Positions 1 through 9,237 of a stretch of 64,000 bases of DNA are shown piece by piece (position 1 is the first letter of the stretch; each line of letters begins with the position of its first letter). A program made the translations under genes and the position numbers. Location: assembly GCA_002414225.1 (NCBI GenBank), contig DHYV01000014.1:68750-132749 (forward strand), given 5' to 3'. The notes beneath the pieces are model-generated. The model was not told the DNA's origin and ran no database searches. It was given only the letters and a program-made list of their open reading frames with translations. Origin of the DNA: Desulfobulbaceae bacterium UBA5121. GTDB taxonomy: Bacteria > Desulfobacterota > Desulfobulbia > Desulfobulbales > UBA5123.

Positions 1-1449
1 GAGCAGCTGGTGCGTGATATGAAACGCAATTCGTATTCAGTGTACTGGCCAGTTGGCTTTGTCGACGATAATCCCCAGAAGAAGAATCTCAACATTCATG
101 GCGTGAGGGTCCATGGCGGTCGGGAGATGCTGCCCGGGTTGGTTGCGCGCCTTGACGTGCATGCGGTTGTCCTGGCCATTCCCTCCGCCCCGGTCGGGGA
201 GATCCGTGGCATCCTCGACTATGTCCACCAGGCCGGCATCACCGAGATCAAAACCATTCCCGGCCTGAACGAACTCCTCGGTGGCAAGAAGGTTTCACTC
301 AACGACCTCAAGGAGATTCGTATCGAGGACATCCTGGGCCGCGAGCAGGCGGTGGTGGATACGGCGCTGATCACCGCCAGCCTTCGCGGCAAGCGGATAC
401 TGGTGACCGGGGCCGGCGGCTCCATCGGCTCCGAACTGCTCCGTCAGGTGATCCATTTCCAGCCCGAACGGGTGGTGGCGCTTGACATCGACGAAACCGA
501 ACTCTTCCACGTGGAGCAGGAACTCAAAGGGCAGGCCGAGGGGGTGCGGGTCTGCCCGGTGGTGGCCGATGTCCGCGATCGGGTGAAGATGCACTGGGTC
601 TACGACAACCACCGTCCCCATGTGGTTTTCCATGCCGCTGCCTACAAGCACGTGCCGATCATGGAGGAGTACCCGGAAGAGGCGGTCAAGGCCAACATCT
701 TCGGTACCCGGGTGGTGGCCGAGTTGGCCGTGCAGTTCGTCACCGAGCGTTTTGTCATGGTTTCCACCGACAAGGCGGTACGGCCCACCAACGTCATGGG
801 CGCCACCAAGCGGGTGGCCGAGAAGATCGTCAAGGAGTTGGATGGCAAGGGCGTCACCCGTTTTGTCTCGGTTCGCTTCGGCAACGTGGTGGGCAGCCGG
901 GGCAGCGTCATTCCCATCTTCCAGGAGCAGATCCGCAAGGGGGGGCCGGTGACCGTCACCCATGCCGAGATGACCCGTTACTTCATGTCCATTCCCGAGG
1001 CGGTGCTGCTCATCCTCCAGGCCGGTGCCATGGCCGACGGTGGCGAGGTCTATGTGCTGGAGATGGGCGATCCGGTGAAGATTATTGACATGGCCCGGGA
1101 GATGATCCGCCTCCACGGCCTGGAGCCCGACGTGGACATCCCCATCGTCATCTCCGGGATCCGGCCCGGCGAGAAGATGTACGAGGAGTTGCTCACCGCC
1201 CACGAGGATGTCGGCCGCACCAGCCATCCCAAGATCTGCAAGGCCAAGGATTCCAACCGCCACGATCCGGTTCTGAGCCGGCTGGGCAAGCTGGAGTCCC
1301 TGGTGAACACCCCCGATCACGTCGCCTTGCGGGGGGCACTGCAGGAACTCGTCCGCTCCTACCGGCCCGAGGTGCTGGCCGTCCAGGGGAGCCGGGGGCG
1401 GATCGTGCCTCTCAAGCGCGAGGCGGCTGGCGGAGGCGCCGGCGGCTGA
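1..1449 (+). CDS. Polysaccharide biosynthesis nucleoside-diphosphate sugar epimerase/dehydratase (CapD/PglF/WbpM-like), 5' end outside window
   Basis: Frame open from position 1; CoA-binding-like region, then GAGGSIGS, HAAAYKHVP, STDKAV and RFGNV motifs of the Polysacc_synt_2 family. Confidence 0.92.
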   Translation, partial: EQLVRDMKRNSYSVYWPVGFVDDNPQKKNLNIHGVRVHGGREMLPGLVARLDVHAVVLAIPSAPVGEIRGILDYVHQAGITEIKTIPGLNELLGGKKVSLNDLKEIRIEDILGREQAVVDTALITASLRGKRILVTGAGGSIGSELLRQVIHFQPERVVALDIDETELFHVEQELKGQAEGVRVCPVVADVRDRVKMHWVYDNHRPHVVFHAAAYKHVPIMEEYPEEAVKANIFGTRVVAELAVQFVTERFVMVSTDKAVRPTNVMGATKRVAEKIVKELDGKGVTRFVSVRFGNVVGSRGSVIPIFQEQIRKGGPVTVTHAEMTRYFMSIPEAVLLILQAGAMADGGEVYVLEMGDPVKIIDMAREMIRLHGLEPDVDIPIVISGIRPGEKMYEELLTAHEDVGRTSHPKICKAKDSNRHDPVLSRLGKLESLVNTPDHVALRGALQELVRSYRPEVLAVQGSRGRIVPLKREAAGGGAGG

Positions 1450-1529
1450 CGCGTCGTCCCCGGGGCCGACGGGGTTGTCCCTCTCTTTTCCCCCCTTCAT
1501 TTTAGCGTTTGTCGCGGGTAGAAAAAATC

Positions 1530-1558
1530 TTGCAAATCTCTTGCTATCGGCGTAATGT
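1530..1558 (+). promoter_or_regulatory. Sigma70-type promoter of the TetR/mqn operon
   Basis: TTGCAA (1530-1535), 17 bp spacer, TAATGT (1553-1558). Confidence 0.6.
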
Positions 1559-1575
1559 GACCAGCTGGTCATATT
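1554..1575. promoter_or_regulatory. Palindromic operator, probably bound by the adjacent TetR
   Basis: Perfect 14-bp palindrome TGACCAGCTGGTCA (1558-1571) extended by AAT/ATT flanks; overlaps the -10 box and abuts the tetR ATG at 1576. Confidence 0.75.
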
Positions 1576-2235
1576 ATGAATGCTTCCCTGCCGCAGCCGA
1601 AAAACACCTTCCGGAATCTGCCCCCTGAAAAACAGGAGCGGATCATCGCCGTGGCCCTGGCCGAGTTCGCCGCCAGCGGCTATCGGAGCGCCAGCCTCAA
1701 CAACGTGGTCAAGCGTTCCGAAATCGCCAAAGGCTCGCTCTACCAGTACTTTGCCAACAAGGAGGCGCTCTTCCTCCACATCTTCGAGCGGTTCACCGAG
1801 GTGGTCAAGGCGGTGACCCGAGAGGCGGTGGCCTCGGTGGCGGCGGCGGATTTTTTTGCCCAGCTCGAGGCCATCCTGTTCGCCGGCATCAGGTTCATCG
1901 ACGAGCATCCCGATTACTTCCAGATCTATCTGCGGGTGCTCTTCGAGCAGGAGGTGCCGCAACGCGAAGCCCTGGTGGCCCGGCTTCGTCTCTTTCCCCT
2001 GGAGTACCTCGGCCCTCTCTATGCGGCGGGCCAGCGGCGGGGCGATATCCGGACCGATGTGGCCCCGGCGACGGCGGTTTTCATCGTTGATGCCACGCTG
2101 GAACGTTTTCTGCAAGCCTATGCCCGGCCCTATCTCGACAGTGGGCTGGGGTTGGCGGCAAGCGACGCGCAACAACTGCGCATGGCGGTGACGACCGTGA
2201 TCAAGGTGCTGCGGGACGGGTTGTCCCCGCGGTGA
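1576..2235 (+). CDS. TetR/AcrR family transcriptional regulator
   Basis: N-terminal HTH: RIIAVALAEFAASGY...SLNNVVKRSEIAKGSLYQYFANKEALF. Confidence 0.93.
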   Translation: MNASLPQPKNTFRNLPPEKQERIIAVALAEFAASGYRSASLNNVVKRSEIAKGSLYQYFANKEALFLHIFERFTEVVKAVTREAVASVAAADFFAQLEAILFAGIRFIDEHPDYFQIYLRVLFEQEVPQREALVARLRLFPLEYLGPLYAAGQRRGDIRTDVAPATAVFIVDATLERFLQAYARPYLDSGLGLAASDAQQLRMAVTTVIKVLRDGLSPR

Positions 2236-2250
2236 GAAGTTTTCAGTGGA

Positions 2251-2276
2251 CCTCCGGAGCGCCCCTGCTCCGGAGG
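2251..2276. other. Intergenic perfect 10-bp stem-loop without a U-tract
   Basis: cctccggagc-gcccct-gctccggagg between tetR and mqnE. Confidence 0.6.
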
Positions 2277-2344
2277 GGGCTGTTGGCCGTCGGCTTTCTG
2301 GTGGCAAGAACAGTTTTCGAGCGGGAATTATTTAGGAGAATGCT

Positions 2345-3439
2345 ATGGATGCGATGGTGAGAAACGCCGGTCTGGGCGATATCCTCGACAAGATCCGGGC
2401 GGGCGAGCGGCTCTCGCTGGACGACGGCCGCAGGCTCTACGAGACTCCAGAGATTCTGGCGGTCGGGTATCTCGCCAACATCGTTCGGGAGCGGCAGAAC
2501 GGCGACAAGGCCTACTTCATCTATAATCAGCACATCAACTACTCCAACATCTGCACCAATCTGTGCAAGTTCTGCGCCTTTGGCAAGGACAAGAAGTCTC
2601 CCCAGGCATACGAGATGAAGGTCGAGGATGTCGTCCGGAAGGTGCGCGACCGGCTCGATGAGCCGATCACCGAGATCCACATGGTGGGCGGCATCCATCC
2701 CGACCTGCCTTACTCCTACTATCTGGACATCCTGCGCGGCATCAAGAGCGTGCGGCCCGAGGTCCACATCCAGGCATTCACCTGTGTGGAGATCGCACAC
2801 CTGGCGGAGCTTGCCGGCAAGTCGTTGGCCGACACCCTGATCGAACTGCGCGAGGCGGGGCTCGGCTCCATGCCCGGCGGCGGCGCCGAGGTCTTCAGCC
2901 CCCGCATCCGGGCCATCACCTGCGAGAAGAAGCTCTCCGGCGAGGGCTGGCTCGAGGTGGCCAAGACCGCCCACCGGCTGGGGCTGCGCAGCAACGCCAC
3001 CATGCTTTACGGCCATATCGAAACCATCGACGAGCGGCTCGAACATCTGGAGGCGCTTCGCCGCGCCCAGGACGAAACCGGCGGCTTCCTCACCTTCATT
3101 CCGCTTGCCTTCCACCCCAAGAATACCGAGATGGCGGATCTCTCCCGCACTTCGGGCATCGATGATCTTCGCAACATCGCCGTGTCCCGCTGTTTTCTCG
3201 ACAACTTTCCCCACATCAAGGGCTACTGGGTGATGATCGGTCCCAAGCTCGCCCAGGTGGCGCTCTCCTTTGGCGCCGACGACATGGACGGCACGGTCAA
3301 GGAGGAGCTGATCACCCACATGGCGGGCGGCGAAACCTCCGGCGCCATGGCCGACACCGAGTTGATCAGGCTGATCAGGGAGGCGGGCCGGAAGCCGGTG
3401 GAGCGGGACACCCTGTACAACGTGATTCGGGAGTATTAA
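2345..3439 (+). CDS. mqnE: Aminofutalosine synthase (radical SAM)
   Basis: CTNLCKFC radical SAM motif, EIHMVGG, SMPGGGAEVF, NATMLYGHIE; sits in an mqn cluster. Confidence 0.88.
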   Translation: MDAMVRNAGLGDILDKIRAGERLSLDDGRRLYETPEILAVGYLANIVRERQNGDKAYFIYNQHINYSNICTNLCKFCAFGKDKKSPQAYEMKVEDVVRKVRDRLDEPITEIHMVGGIHPDLPYSYYLDILRGIKSVRPEVHIQAFTCVEIAHLAELAGKSLADTLIELREAGLGSMPGGGAEVFSPRIRAITCEKKLSGEGWLEVAKTAHRLGLRSNATMLYGHIETIDERLEHLEALRRAQDETGGFLTFIPLAFHPKNTEMADLSRTSGIDDLRNIAVSRCFLDNFPHIKGYWVMIGPKLAQVALSFGADDMDGTVKEELITHMAGGETSGAMADTELIRLIREAGRKPVERDTLYNVIREY

Positions 3440-3444
3440 GCGCT

Positions 3445-4503
3445 ATGGATGCAATCGATGAAAAAGTATTGAACGGCGAGCGGCTCAGTGTCGACGAGGC
3501 CATGGCGCTGGCCAGCGAGGCCGACTTCTACCGCCTCGGCTTCCTGGCCAACGCGGTGCGCAAACGGCTCCATCCCGAGCCCATCGTCACCTACGTCATC
3601 GACCGCAATATCAACTACACCGACATCTGCATCTCGGCGTGCAAGTTCTGTGCTTTCTTCAAGGCCCCGGAGGACGGTGACGGCTCGGTGCTCTCCTTTG
3701 CGGAACTGGGCCAGAAGATCGAGGAAACCAAGGCGCTGCGCGGTACCCAGATCTTGCTCCAGGGCGGCCTCCACCCAGACAAGCCCCTTGATTTTTACGA
3801 GGAGATGCTCCGCTTCATCAAGGGCTACGACATCCACGTGCATGGCTTTTCGCCGCCCGAGATCTGGCATTTCTCAACCCTCTCGGGGCTCACCGTGCCC
3901 GAGGTGATCGCCCGTCTTCAGAAGGCCGGCCTCGATTCCATTCCCGGTGGCGGAGCCGAGATCCTCTCCGACCGGGTCCGCGAGGCCACGGCACCCCGCA
4001 AGTGCACCGCCGACCAGTGGATCGAGGTGATGGAGCAGGCCCACGGCTTGGGGATGCGCACCACCGCCACCATGATGTTCGGCCACGTCGAAACCATGGC
4101 CGAGCGGCTCGAACATCTCACCCGGGTCCGCGACCTCCAGGACCGCACCGGCGGCTTCACCGCCTTCATCCCCTGGCCCTTCCAGTCGAAGAACACCGCC
4201 TTGTCCCACATCCCCGAAACCAGCGGCATGAATTACCTGCGCATGCTCGCCATTTCCCGGATCTTCCTCGACAACGTCGCCAACGTTCAGGCATCCTGGG
4301 TCACCCAGGGGCCCAAGATCGCCCAGCTTTCCCTCTTCTTCGGGGCCAACGACTTCGGCAGCACCATGATCGAGGAGAACGTGGTGGCGGCGGCCGGGGT
4401 GAGCTTCCGGCTCTCCGAGGCGGAAATCCGGCGGCTGGTTGAAGGGGCCGGGTTCGCCCCCCGACAGCGGCGGATGGACTACCGGCTGGTCGAGGCGGCG
4501 TAA
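3445..4503 (+). CDS. mqnC: Cyclic dehypoxanthinyl futalosine synthase (radical SAM)
   Basis: DRNINYTDICISACKFCAF, QILLQGGLHP, ATMMFGHVE, QASWVTQG, GANDFGSTMIEENVV. Confidence 0.92.
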   Translation: MDAIDEKVLNGERLSVDEAMALASEADFYRLGFLANAVRKRLHPEPIVTYVIDRNINYTDICISACKFCAFFKAPEDGDGSVLSFAELGQKIEETKALRGTQILLQGGLHPDKPLDFYEEMLRFIKGYDIHVHGFSPPEIWHFSTLSGLTVPEVIARLQKAGLDSIPGGGAEILSDRVREATAPRKCTADQWIEVMEQAHGLGMRTTATMMFGHVETMAERLEHLTRVRDLQDRTGGFTAFIPWPFQSKNTALSHIPETSGMNYLRMLAISRIFLDNVANVQASWVTQGPKIAQLSLFFGANDFGSTMIEENVVAAAGVSFRLSEAEIRRLVEGAGFAPRQRRMDYRLVEAA

Positions 4504-4516
4504 GGCGGTAGCCGTG

Positions 4517-5737
4517 ATGTCTGGTGAGGCCGTCTGTCATCGCGCCCCCTGGCTGATCACCGGCGCGCCCGGCGAGAGCGCGCCCACGGCCGACGGCGCG
4601 GTGGTGGTGGCCGAAGGGCGTATCGTTGCCCTGGGCCCCTTTGCCCGCTGCCGGGAGCTTGCCGCCACGGTGACGGACCACGCGGGCGCGGTGCTGACCC
4701 CGGCGCTGGTCAACGCCCACACCCATCTCGAACTCTCGGCCCTGGCCGAGCTGGGGCAGGGCGAGGCGGCGACGGGCGACATGCCTTCATGGATTGCGGC
4801 CTTGCTTGCCCGTCGGGCCGCGTTTGCTGCGGCAGGAGCCGCCATCGAAACCGCACGCCGGCAGGCCCTGGCAAGCCTTGTCGATTCGGGCTGCGGCCTC
4901 ATCGGCGATATTGGCAATGATCCGGCTGGCGCCGCTTTGGCCGCTGCCGCCACCGGCGCCGAGATCCAGTTCTTTCTCGAACTGCTGGCGCTGACCGCCG
5001 CAAGCGAGGCTCAGGCCCTGGAGCGGCTGGCGGCGCTCGCGCCCACCATGGTGGCCGCGCCGCACGCCCCCTACTCGGTGACCCCGCGGCTGCTCACGGC
5101 TTTAAAAGAGCGGTGCCGCCGGCTCGGCCAGATCTATTCCGTCCATCTCGCCGAATCCAGGGATGAGGTGCAGTTGCTTGCCGACGGCTCGGGCGGGTTT
5201 CCGGCCTTCTTGCGGGCGCGGCAGGTATGGGACGGCAGTTTCCGGCCCCCGGCGGCAAGCCCGGTGGCCTATCTCGATCGCTTGGGGGTGCTCGACGCTC
5301 GGAGCCTCTGTGTTCACTGCGTGCAGGTGGATGGGGCGGACATCGCCACCCTGGCCCGCAACGGCGCCAAGGTTTGCCTCTGTCCCGGCAGCAACCGCCA
5401 GATGGGGGTGGGCCGGGCACCGGTGGCCGACATGCTCGCCGCCGGTCTCTTGCCCGCCCTGGGGACCGACAGCCTGGCCAGCAACCCGCAGTTGAACGTC
5501 TGGCAGGAGATGCGGATCCTGCGCGAGGAGCTGCCCGAGCTTGCCCCGGGCCTGGTCTTTGCCATGGCTACCCGGGGCGGGGCCGAGGCATTGGGGCGGG
5601 GGACGACGCACGGCCAGCTCGGGGTGGGACGGCCGGCGCGGCTGCTCGCGGTGACGGCCCAGGGGGTGCGCGGCCACGAGGTCTTCGAATTTCTCACCAC
5701 CGTGGGCACCGCTGCCACGGTGCAGCGGTTGGGGTGA
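4517..5737 (+). CDS. Amidohydrolase family protein, candidate aminodeoxyfutalosine deaminase
   Basis: NAHTHLE (HxH), PHAPYS, VHLAES, VHCV and LGTDS metal-ligand motifs; start chosen after the mqnC stop (GTG 4514 or ATG 4517); specific function inferred from context. Confidence 0.75.
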   Translation: MSGEAVCHRAPWLITGAPGESAPTADGAVVVAEGRIVALGPFARCRELAATVTDHAGAVLTPALVNAHTHLELSALAELGQGEAATGDMPSWIAALLARRAAFAAAGAAIETARRQALASLVDSGCGLIGDIGNDPAGAALAAAATGAEIQFFLELLALTAASEAQALERLAALAPTMVAAPHAPYSVTPRLLTALKERCRRLGQIYSVHLAESRDEVQLLADGSGGFPAFLRARQVWDGSFRPPAASPVAYLDRLGVLDARSLCVHCVQVDGADIATLARNGAKVCLCPGSNRQMGVGRAPVADMLAAGLLPALGTDSLASNPQLNVWQEMRILREELPELAPGLVFAMATRGGAEALGRGTTHGQLGVGRPARLLAVTAQGVRGHEVFEFLTTVGTAATVQRLG

Positions 5738-5742
5738 ACACG

Positions 5743-6579
5743 ATGCGAATACGGGCACGGATCGGCATGGTCAACTTCATCAACACCGCCCCCCTCTACG
5801 AGGTGTGGCGGCGCACCGTCGTGCGGCCCGAGTGGCAGGTGACCGAGGCGACGCCGGCGGTGCTCAACGGCATGCTCTATCGCGGCGAACTCGATCTCGG
5901 CTTTTTTTCCTCCCACGAGTACGCCGTGCATCCGGGCAGTTACAAGATCCTCGGTGATCTCTCCATCAGCGCCTCGGGGCCGGTGGGCAGCGTCATGCTC
6001 CTCTCCACGGTGGCGCCGGACGAACTCGCCGACAGGCTGGTGCTGCTCAGCGTGCAGTCGCAGACCTCGGTGAGTCTGGTGAAGATCGTGCTTGAAGAGT
6101 TTTACGGTGTTGCGCCCCGTTACCGCGCCGGGGTGGCGACAAGTGGCGTTGCCGCAGGCCAGGAGGCTCCGGCCGCGGTGCTGGTCATCGGCGACGAGGC
6201 GCTCAGGATGCGGGGGCTTGCCAACTACCCCTTCCGTCTCGACCTGGGCGAAATCTGGCACCAGCACACCGGCCTGCCATTTGTCTTTGCGGTGTGGGCG
6301 GTGCGGGAGGAGTTCTGCGCCGCCGACCCGGACACGGTGGTGGCGATCCATCACGAGCTTGGCCGCTGTATCCGCGAGGGCAAGCAGGAGCTGCGGGAGA
6401 TCAGCAGCCGGGTGGCCCCCCGGGTGCCCATGCCGGCGCAGGAGTGTTTCGAGTACCTCTCGGGCCTTGAATACGACCTGGGGCCGGAGAAGCAGGAAGC
6501 GCTGGCCCTTTTTTTCAAGTATCTTATCAAGCGAGGGGAGGGGGCTTACGAGGCCCTGCCGCTCAAAATATGCGGATGA
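5743..6579 (+). CDS. mqnA: Chorismate dehydratase (MqnA/MqnD family)
   Basis: RIGMVNFINTAPLY, ISASGPVGSVML, SQTSVSLVKI, LVIGDEAL, DLGEIW...TGLPFVFAVW; real start ATG 5743 inside track ORF 5227..6579. Confidence 0.88.
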   Translation: MRIRARIGMVNFINTAPLYEVWRRTVVRPEWQVTEATPAVLNGMLYRGELDLGFFSSHEYAVHPGSYKILGDLSISASGPVGSVMLLSTVAPDELADRLVLLSVQSQTSVSLVKIVLEEFYGVAPRYRAGVATSGVAAGQEAPAAVLVIGDEALRMRGLANYPFRLDLGEIWHQHTGLPFVFAVWAVREEFCAADPDTVVAIHHELGRCIREGKQELREISSRVAPRVPMPAQECFEYLSGLEYDLGPEKQEALALFFKYLIKRGEGAYEALPLKICG

Positions 6580-6588
6580 ATGTGACCT

Positions 6589-7296
6589 ATGCGAACCCCT
6601 GAAGAGAAGAAAACCTTTGTCCGGGAGAAGTTCTCCTCCATAAGCCCCAAGTACGATTTCCTCAACTCCGTGTTGAGTTTCCAGATCGATCGTTACTGGC
6701 GCTGGGTGACCACCAAGGAACTCAAACCCTTCCCCGACGGACCGGTACTCGACCTCTGCGCCGGCACCCTGCCGCTGTCGCTCGAGCTTGCCCGGCAGGC
6801 CAAGCGCCGCCAGGTGCTGGCGGTGGATTTCTGCGAAGACATGTTGCGGGCCGGGGTCGAGAACATGCCGCGCGACGAGCGGCGGCAGCGGATTCTGCCG
6901 GTCTGTGGCGACGGCGAGGAGATCCCGGTGGCCTCCAACACGGTGTGGGGCATCACCGTGGCCTTCGGGGTGCGCAACCTCGCCAACACCCAGCAGGGGT
7001 TGAACGAGATGCACCGGGTTCTGAAGCCCGGTGGCAAACTCCTGATCCTTGAATTCTCCCGGCCGGCCAACCCGGTGGTGAAGCCCGTTTACAGCTTCTA
7101 TTTGAACCGGGTGCTGCCCAAGGTGGCGGGGCTGGTTTCGGGCGACAAGGAGGCATACGAGTACCTGGCCAGCTCCATCGCCGAGTTTTACGAGCCCGAC
7201 GTGCTGCTCGGGATGATGGACAAGGCCGGCTTTGCCAGGGTTCACCGGCGGCCCATGACCTTTGGGATCGTTTCCATCTACGTGGGGGTGAAATAG
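6589..7296 (+). CDS. ubiE: Demethylmenaquinone methyltransferase (UbiE/MenG)
   Basis: FSSISPKYDFLNSVLS, VLDLCAGT, ITVAFGVRN, EMHRVLKPGG, ILEFS, AYEYLASSI. Confidence 0.93.
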   Translation: MRTPEEKKTFVREKFSSISPKYDFLNSVLSFQIDRYWRWVTTKELKPFPDGPVLDLCAGTLPLSLELARQAKRRQVLAVDFCEDMLRAGVENMPRDERRQRILPVCGDGEEIPVASNTVWGITVAFGVRNLANTQQGLNEMHRVLKPGGKLLILEFSRPANPVVKPVYSFYLNRVLPKVAGLVSGDKEAYEYLASSIAEFYEPDVLLGMMDKAGFARVHRRPMTFGIVSIYVGVK

Positions 7297-7422
7297 TGTG
7301 CCTCCCCGGCAGTTCCGCGTCCGCTTCGAGGTCTCCCAGTGCTCGTTTGCCTGCGGCACCGTTGGAGATGTGCGGTTCCGGGGGAATTGACAAGACTTGC
7401 TTTGCAAACTGAACAGATGCAA

Positions 7423-8013
7423 ATGAGTAAACGGATCATCTTCGCCATCACCGGCGCCACCGGTTCACTCTACGCCGTGGAGTGCCTCCGACTTCTCCAT
7501 GAGGCCGGGGTGGAGGTGCACGGTATCGTTTCGCCGGCCGGCGAACAGGTGCTCGCCCTTGAGCTGGGGCAGACGGTGCGTGACCTCGATCCCCTGGTCC
7601 ACGCCTGGCACGACGCCAAGGATTTTGCCGCCCCCATGTCCAGCGGCTCGTCCCGTTTCGACGCCATGGTGGTGATGCCCTGCACCATGGGGACGCTGGC
7701 GGCGGTGGCCAACGGCATTTCCGCCAACCTCATCCACCGGGCCGCCGACGTCACCCTGAAGGAGAGGCGGCCCCTGCTGCTGGTGGTCCGCGAAACTCCC
7801 TTCAACCGCACCCATCTCACCAACATGCTCGCCGCCCACGACGCCGGGGCGGTGATTTTCCCGGCCATGCCCTCTTTCTATCACCAGCCCCGTAGCCTGG
7901 CCGAGATGGCCCGCGCCTTTGCGGCGAGGATCTGCGACCAGCTGGGCGTTGCCGTGCCGGGGGTGCAGCGGTGGGGGAAGAACCAGGCCCAGGAACAGCC
8001 CGACCGGGACTAA
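7423..8013 (+). CDS. ubiX: Flavin prenyltransferase UbiX
   Basis: IIFAITGATGSLY, PMSSGS, PCTMGTLA, RAADVTLKERRPLLLVVRETP, PAMPSFY; start ATG 7417 or 7423. Confidence 0.93.
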   Translation: MSKRIIFAITGATGSLYAVECLRLLHEAGVEVHGIVSPAGEQVLALELGQTVRDLDPLVHAWHDAKDFAAPMSSGSSRFDAMVVMPCTMGTLAAVANGISANLIHRAADVTLKERRPLLLVVRETPFNRTHLTNMLAAHDAGAVIFPAMPSFYHQPRSLAEMARAFAARICDQLGVAVPGVQRWGKNQAQEQPDRD

Positions 8014-8084
8014 ATGATTTTTGCGGATAAAAGCGTGAAAAAAATTCAAGCCCCTCATGCCAACATCATCGGCCAGTACAAAAA

Positions 8085-8939
8085 ATGTTGAAGAAAATCG
8101 TCATATTCCTTGAAATGATCAAGTTCGAACACACCGTGTTCGCCTTGCCCTTCGCCTTGATGGGCGCCTTCCTGGCCGCTGGCGGCGTGCCCGGCGCGGC
8201 GGTGTTCGGCTGGGTGGTGCTGGCCATGGTGGGGGCGCGCACCAGTGCCATGGGGTTCAACCGCATCGTCGATGTGGAGTTCGACCGGCGGAACCCCCGC
8301 ACCGCCGATCGGGCGCTCGCCGCCGGCACCATCCGCATGGGCGAGGCATGGGCCATGGTGCTGCTGGCCGCCGGGCTCTTCTTCTTCGCCTGTTACAACC
8401 TGAACCGGCTCACCCTGATCCTTTCGCCCTTTGCCCTGGGGCTCACCTTTTTCTACTCGCTCACCAAGCGGTTCACCTGGCTCTGTCACGTGGTGCTCGG
8501 TCTGGCCCTCGCCTTCTCGCCCCTGGGCGGCTTTGTCGCCGTCAGGGGGAGCCTCACGGGTTTTCCCTGGGTGCTCTCCGTCGGCGTCGTCCTCTGGGTG
8601 GCGGGTTTTGACACCGTCTACGCCTGCCTTGACGCCGACTTCGACCGCGAGGCGGGCCTCTTCTCGCTGCCTTCCCGTTTCGGCCGCGAGCGGGCCTTCA
8701 AGTTTGCCGTCTTTCTGCACGCCTTGGCCTTTGGCTGCTTCACCGCCACCGGGATTCTGGCCGGGCTCAACTACCTTTACTTCATCGGGATCGTGCTCAC
8801 CGCCGGGGCACTCTTCTACCAGCACCTCATCGTCAACCCCGGCAACCTCTCTCGGATCCAGATGTCTTTTTTCACCATGAACGGCCTGATCAGCCTAACC
8901 CTCTTCATTGCCACCTGGCTGGCCTTGGTGGTAGGTTGA
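8085..8939 (+). CDS. UbiA-family polyprenyltransferase (MqnP-like)
   Basis: IKFEHTVFALPF, ARTSAMGFNRIVDVEFDRRNPRT, GFDTVYACLDADFD; multi-pass hydrophobic. Confidence 0.9.
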   Translation: MLKKIVIFLEMIKFEHTVFALPFALMGAFLAAGGVPGAAVFGWVVLAMVGARTSAMGFNRIVDVEFDRRNPRTADRALAAGTIRMGEAWAMVLLAAGLFFFACYNLNRLTLILSPFALGLTFFYSLTKRFTWLCHVVLGLALAFSPLGGFVAVRGSLTGFPWVLSVGVVLWVAGFDTVYACLDADFDREAGLFSLPSRFGRERAFKFAVFLHALAFGCFTATGILAGLNYLYFIGIVLTAGALFYQHLIVNPGNLSRIQMSFFTMNGLISLTLFIATWLALVVG

Positions 8940-9167
8940 CCAGACGGAAGCACGCGCCGGGCACCGAATCCGGAGTTCATCTTCGGTTGTTCGTCCCGGC
9001 GGCACCGGGCGGCCGCGTCCCGCAGAGGGACATCCGGCTTGCCGCGCATCTCCGGTCCCCGGGCAGGCGCTTATTTGGTGAAGGATGACGATAGGGTGGA
9101 AGGGGGAGGATGCCAGGTGCGGTACCTGGATATTGTCGGGGCAGTGCCCCCTGGCAGCGAACATTTC

Positions 9168-9196
9168 TTGCCAGGGGCGCGGCTTCGTTCTATTAT
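9168..9196 (+). promoter_or_regulatory. Sigma70-type promoter of the PPIase gene
   Basis: TTGCCA, 17 bp, TATTAT; AAGGAG Shine-Dalgarno at 9223-9228. Confidence 0.55.
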
Positions 9197-9237
9197 GGGA
9201 AGGTTCATCACTTACTAATAACAAGGAGATATGGGGT

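Noticed and set aside
295-2307. Long antisense ORFs (also 5314..7422, 20495..22669, 24160..26646, 37762..39525, 58171..59814 and many shorter ones)
   Set aside because: They lie opposite well-supported genes, have no recognisable motifs, and are expected from stop-codon scarcity in GC-rich codon-biased DNA
6579-6587. AATGTGACC, identical to the left half of the TetR operator, just before ubiE
   Set aside because: No right half-site, and a 9-mer match is unsurprising in 64 kb searched on both strands
7387-7392. TTGACA upstream of ubiX (likewise 28708-28713 upstream of mdh)
   Set aside because: No convincing -10 at 16-18 bp spacing, so not called as promoters
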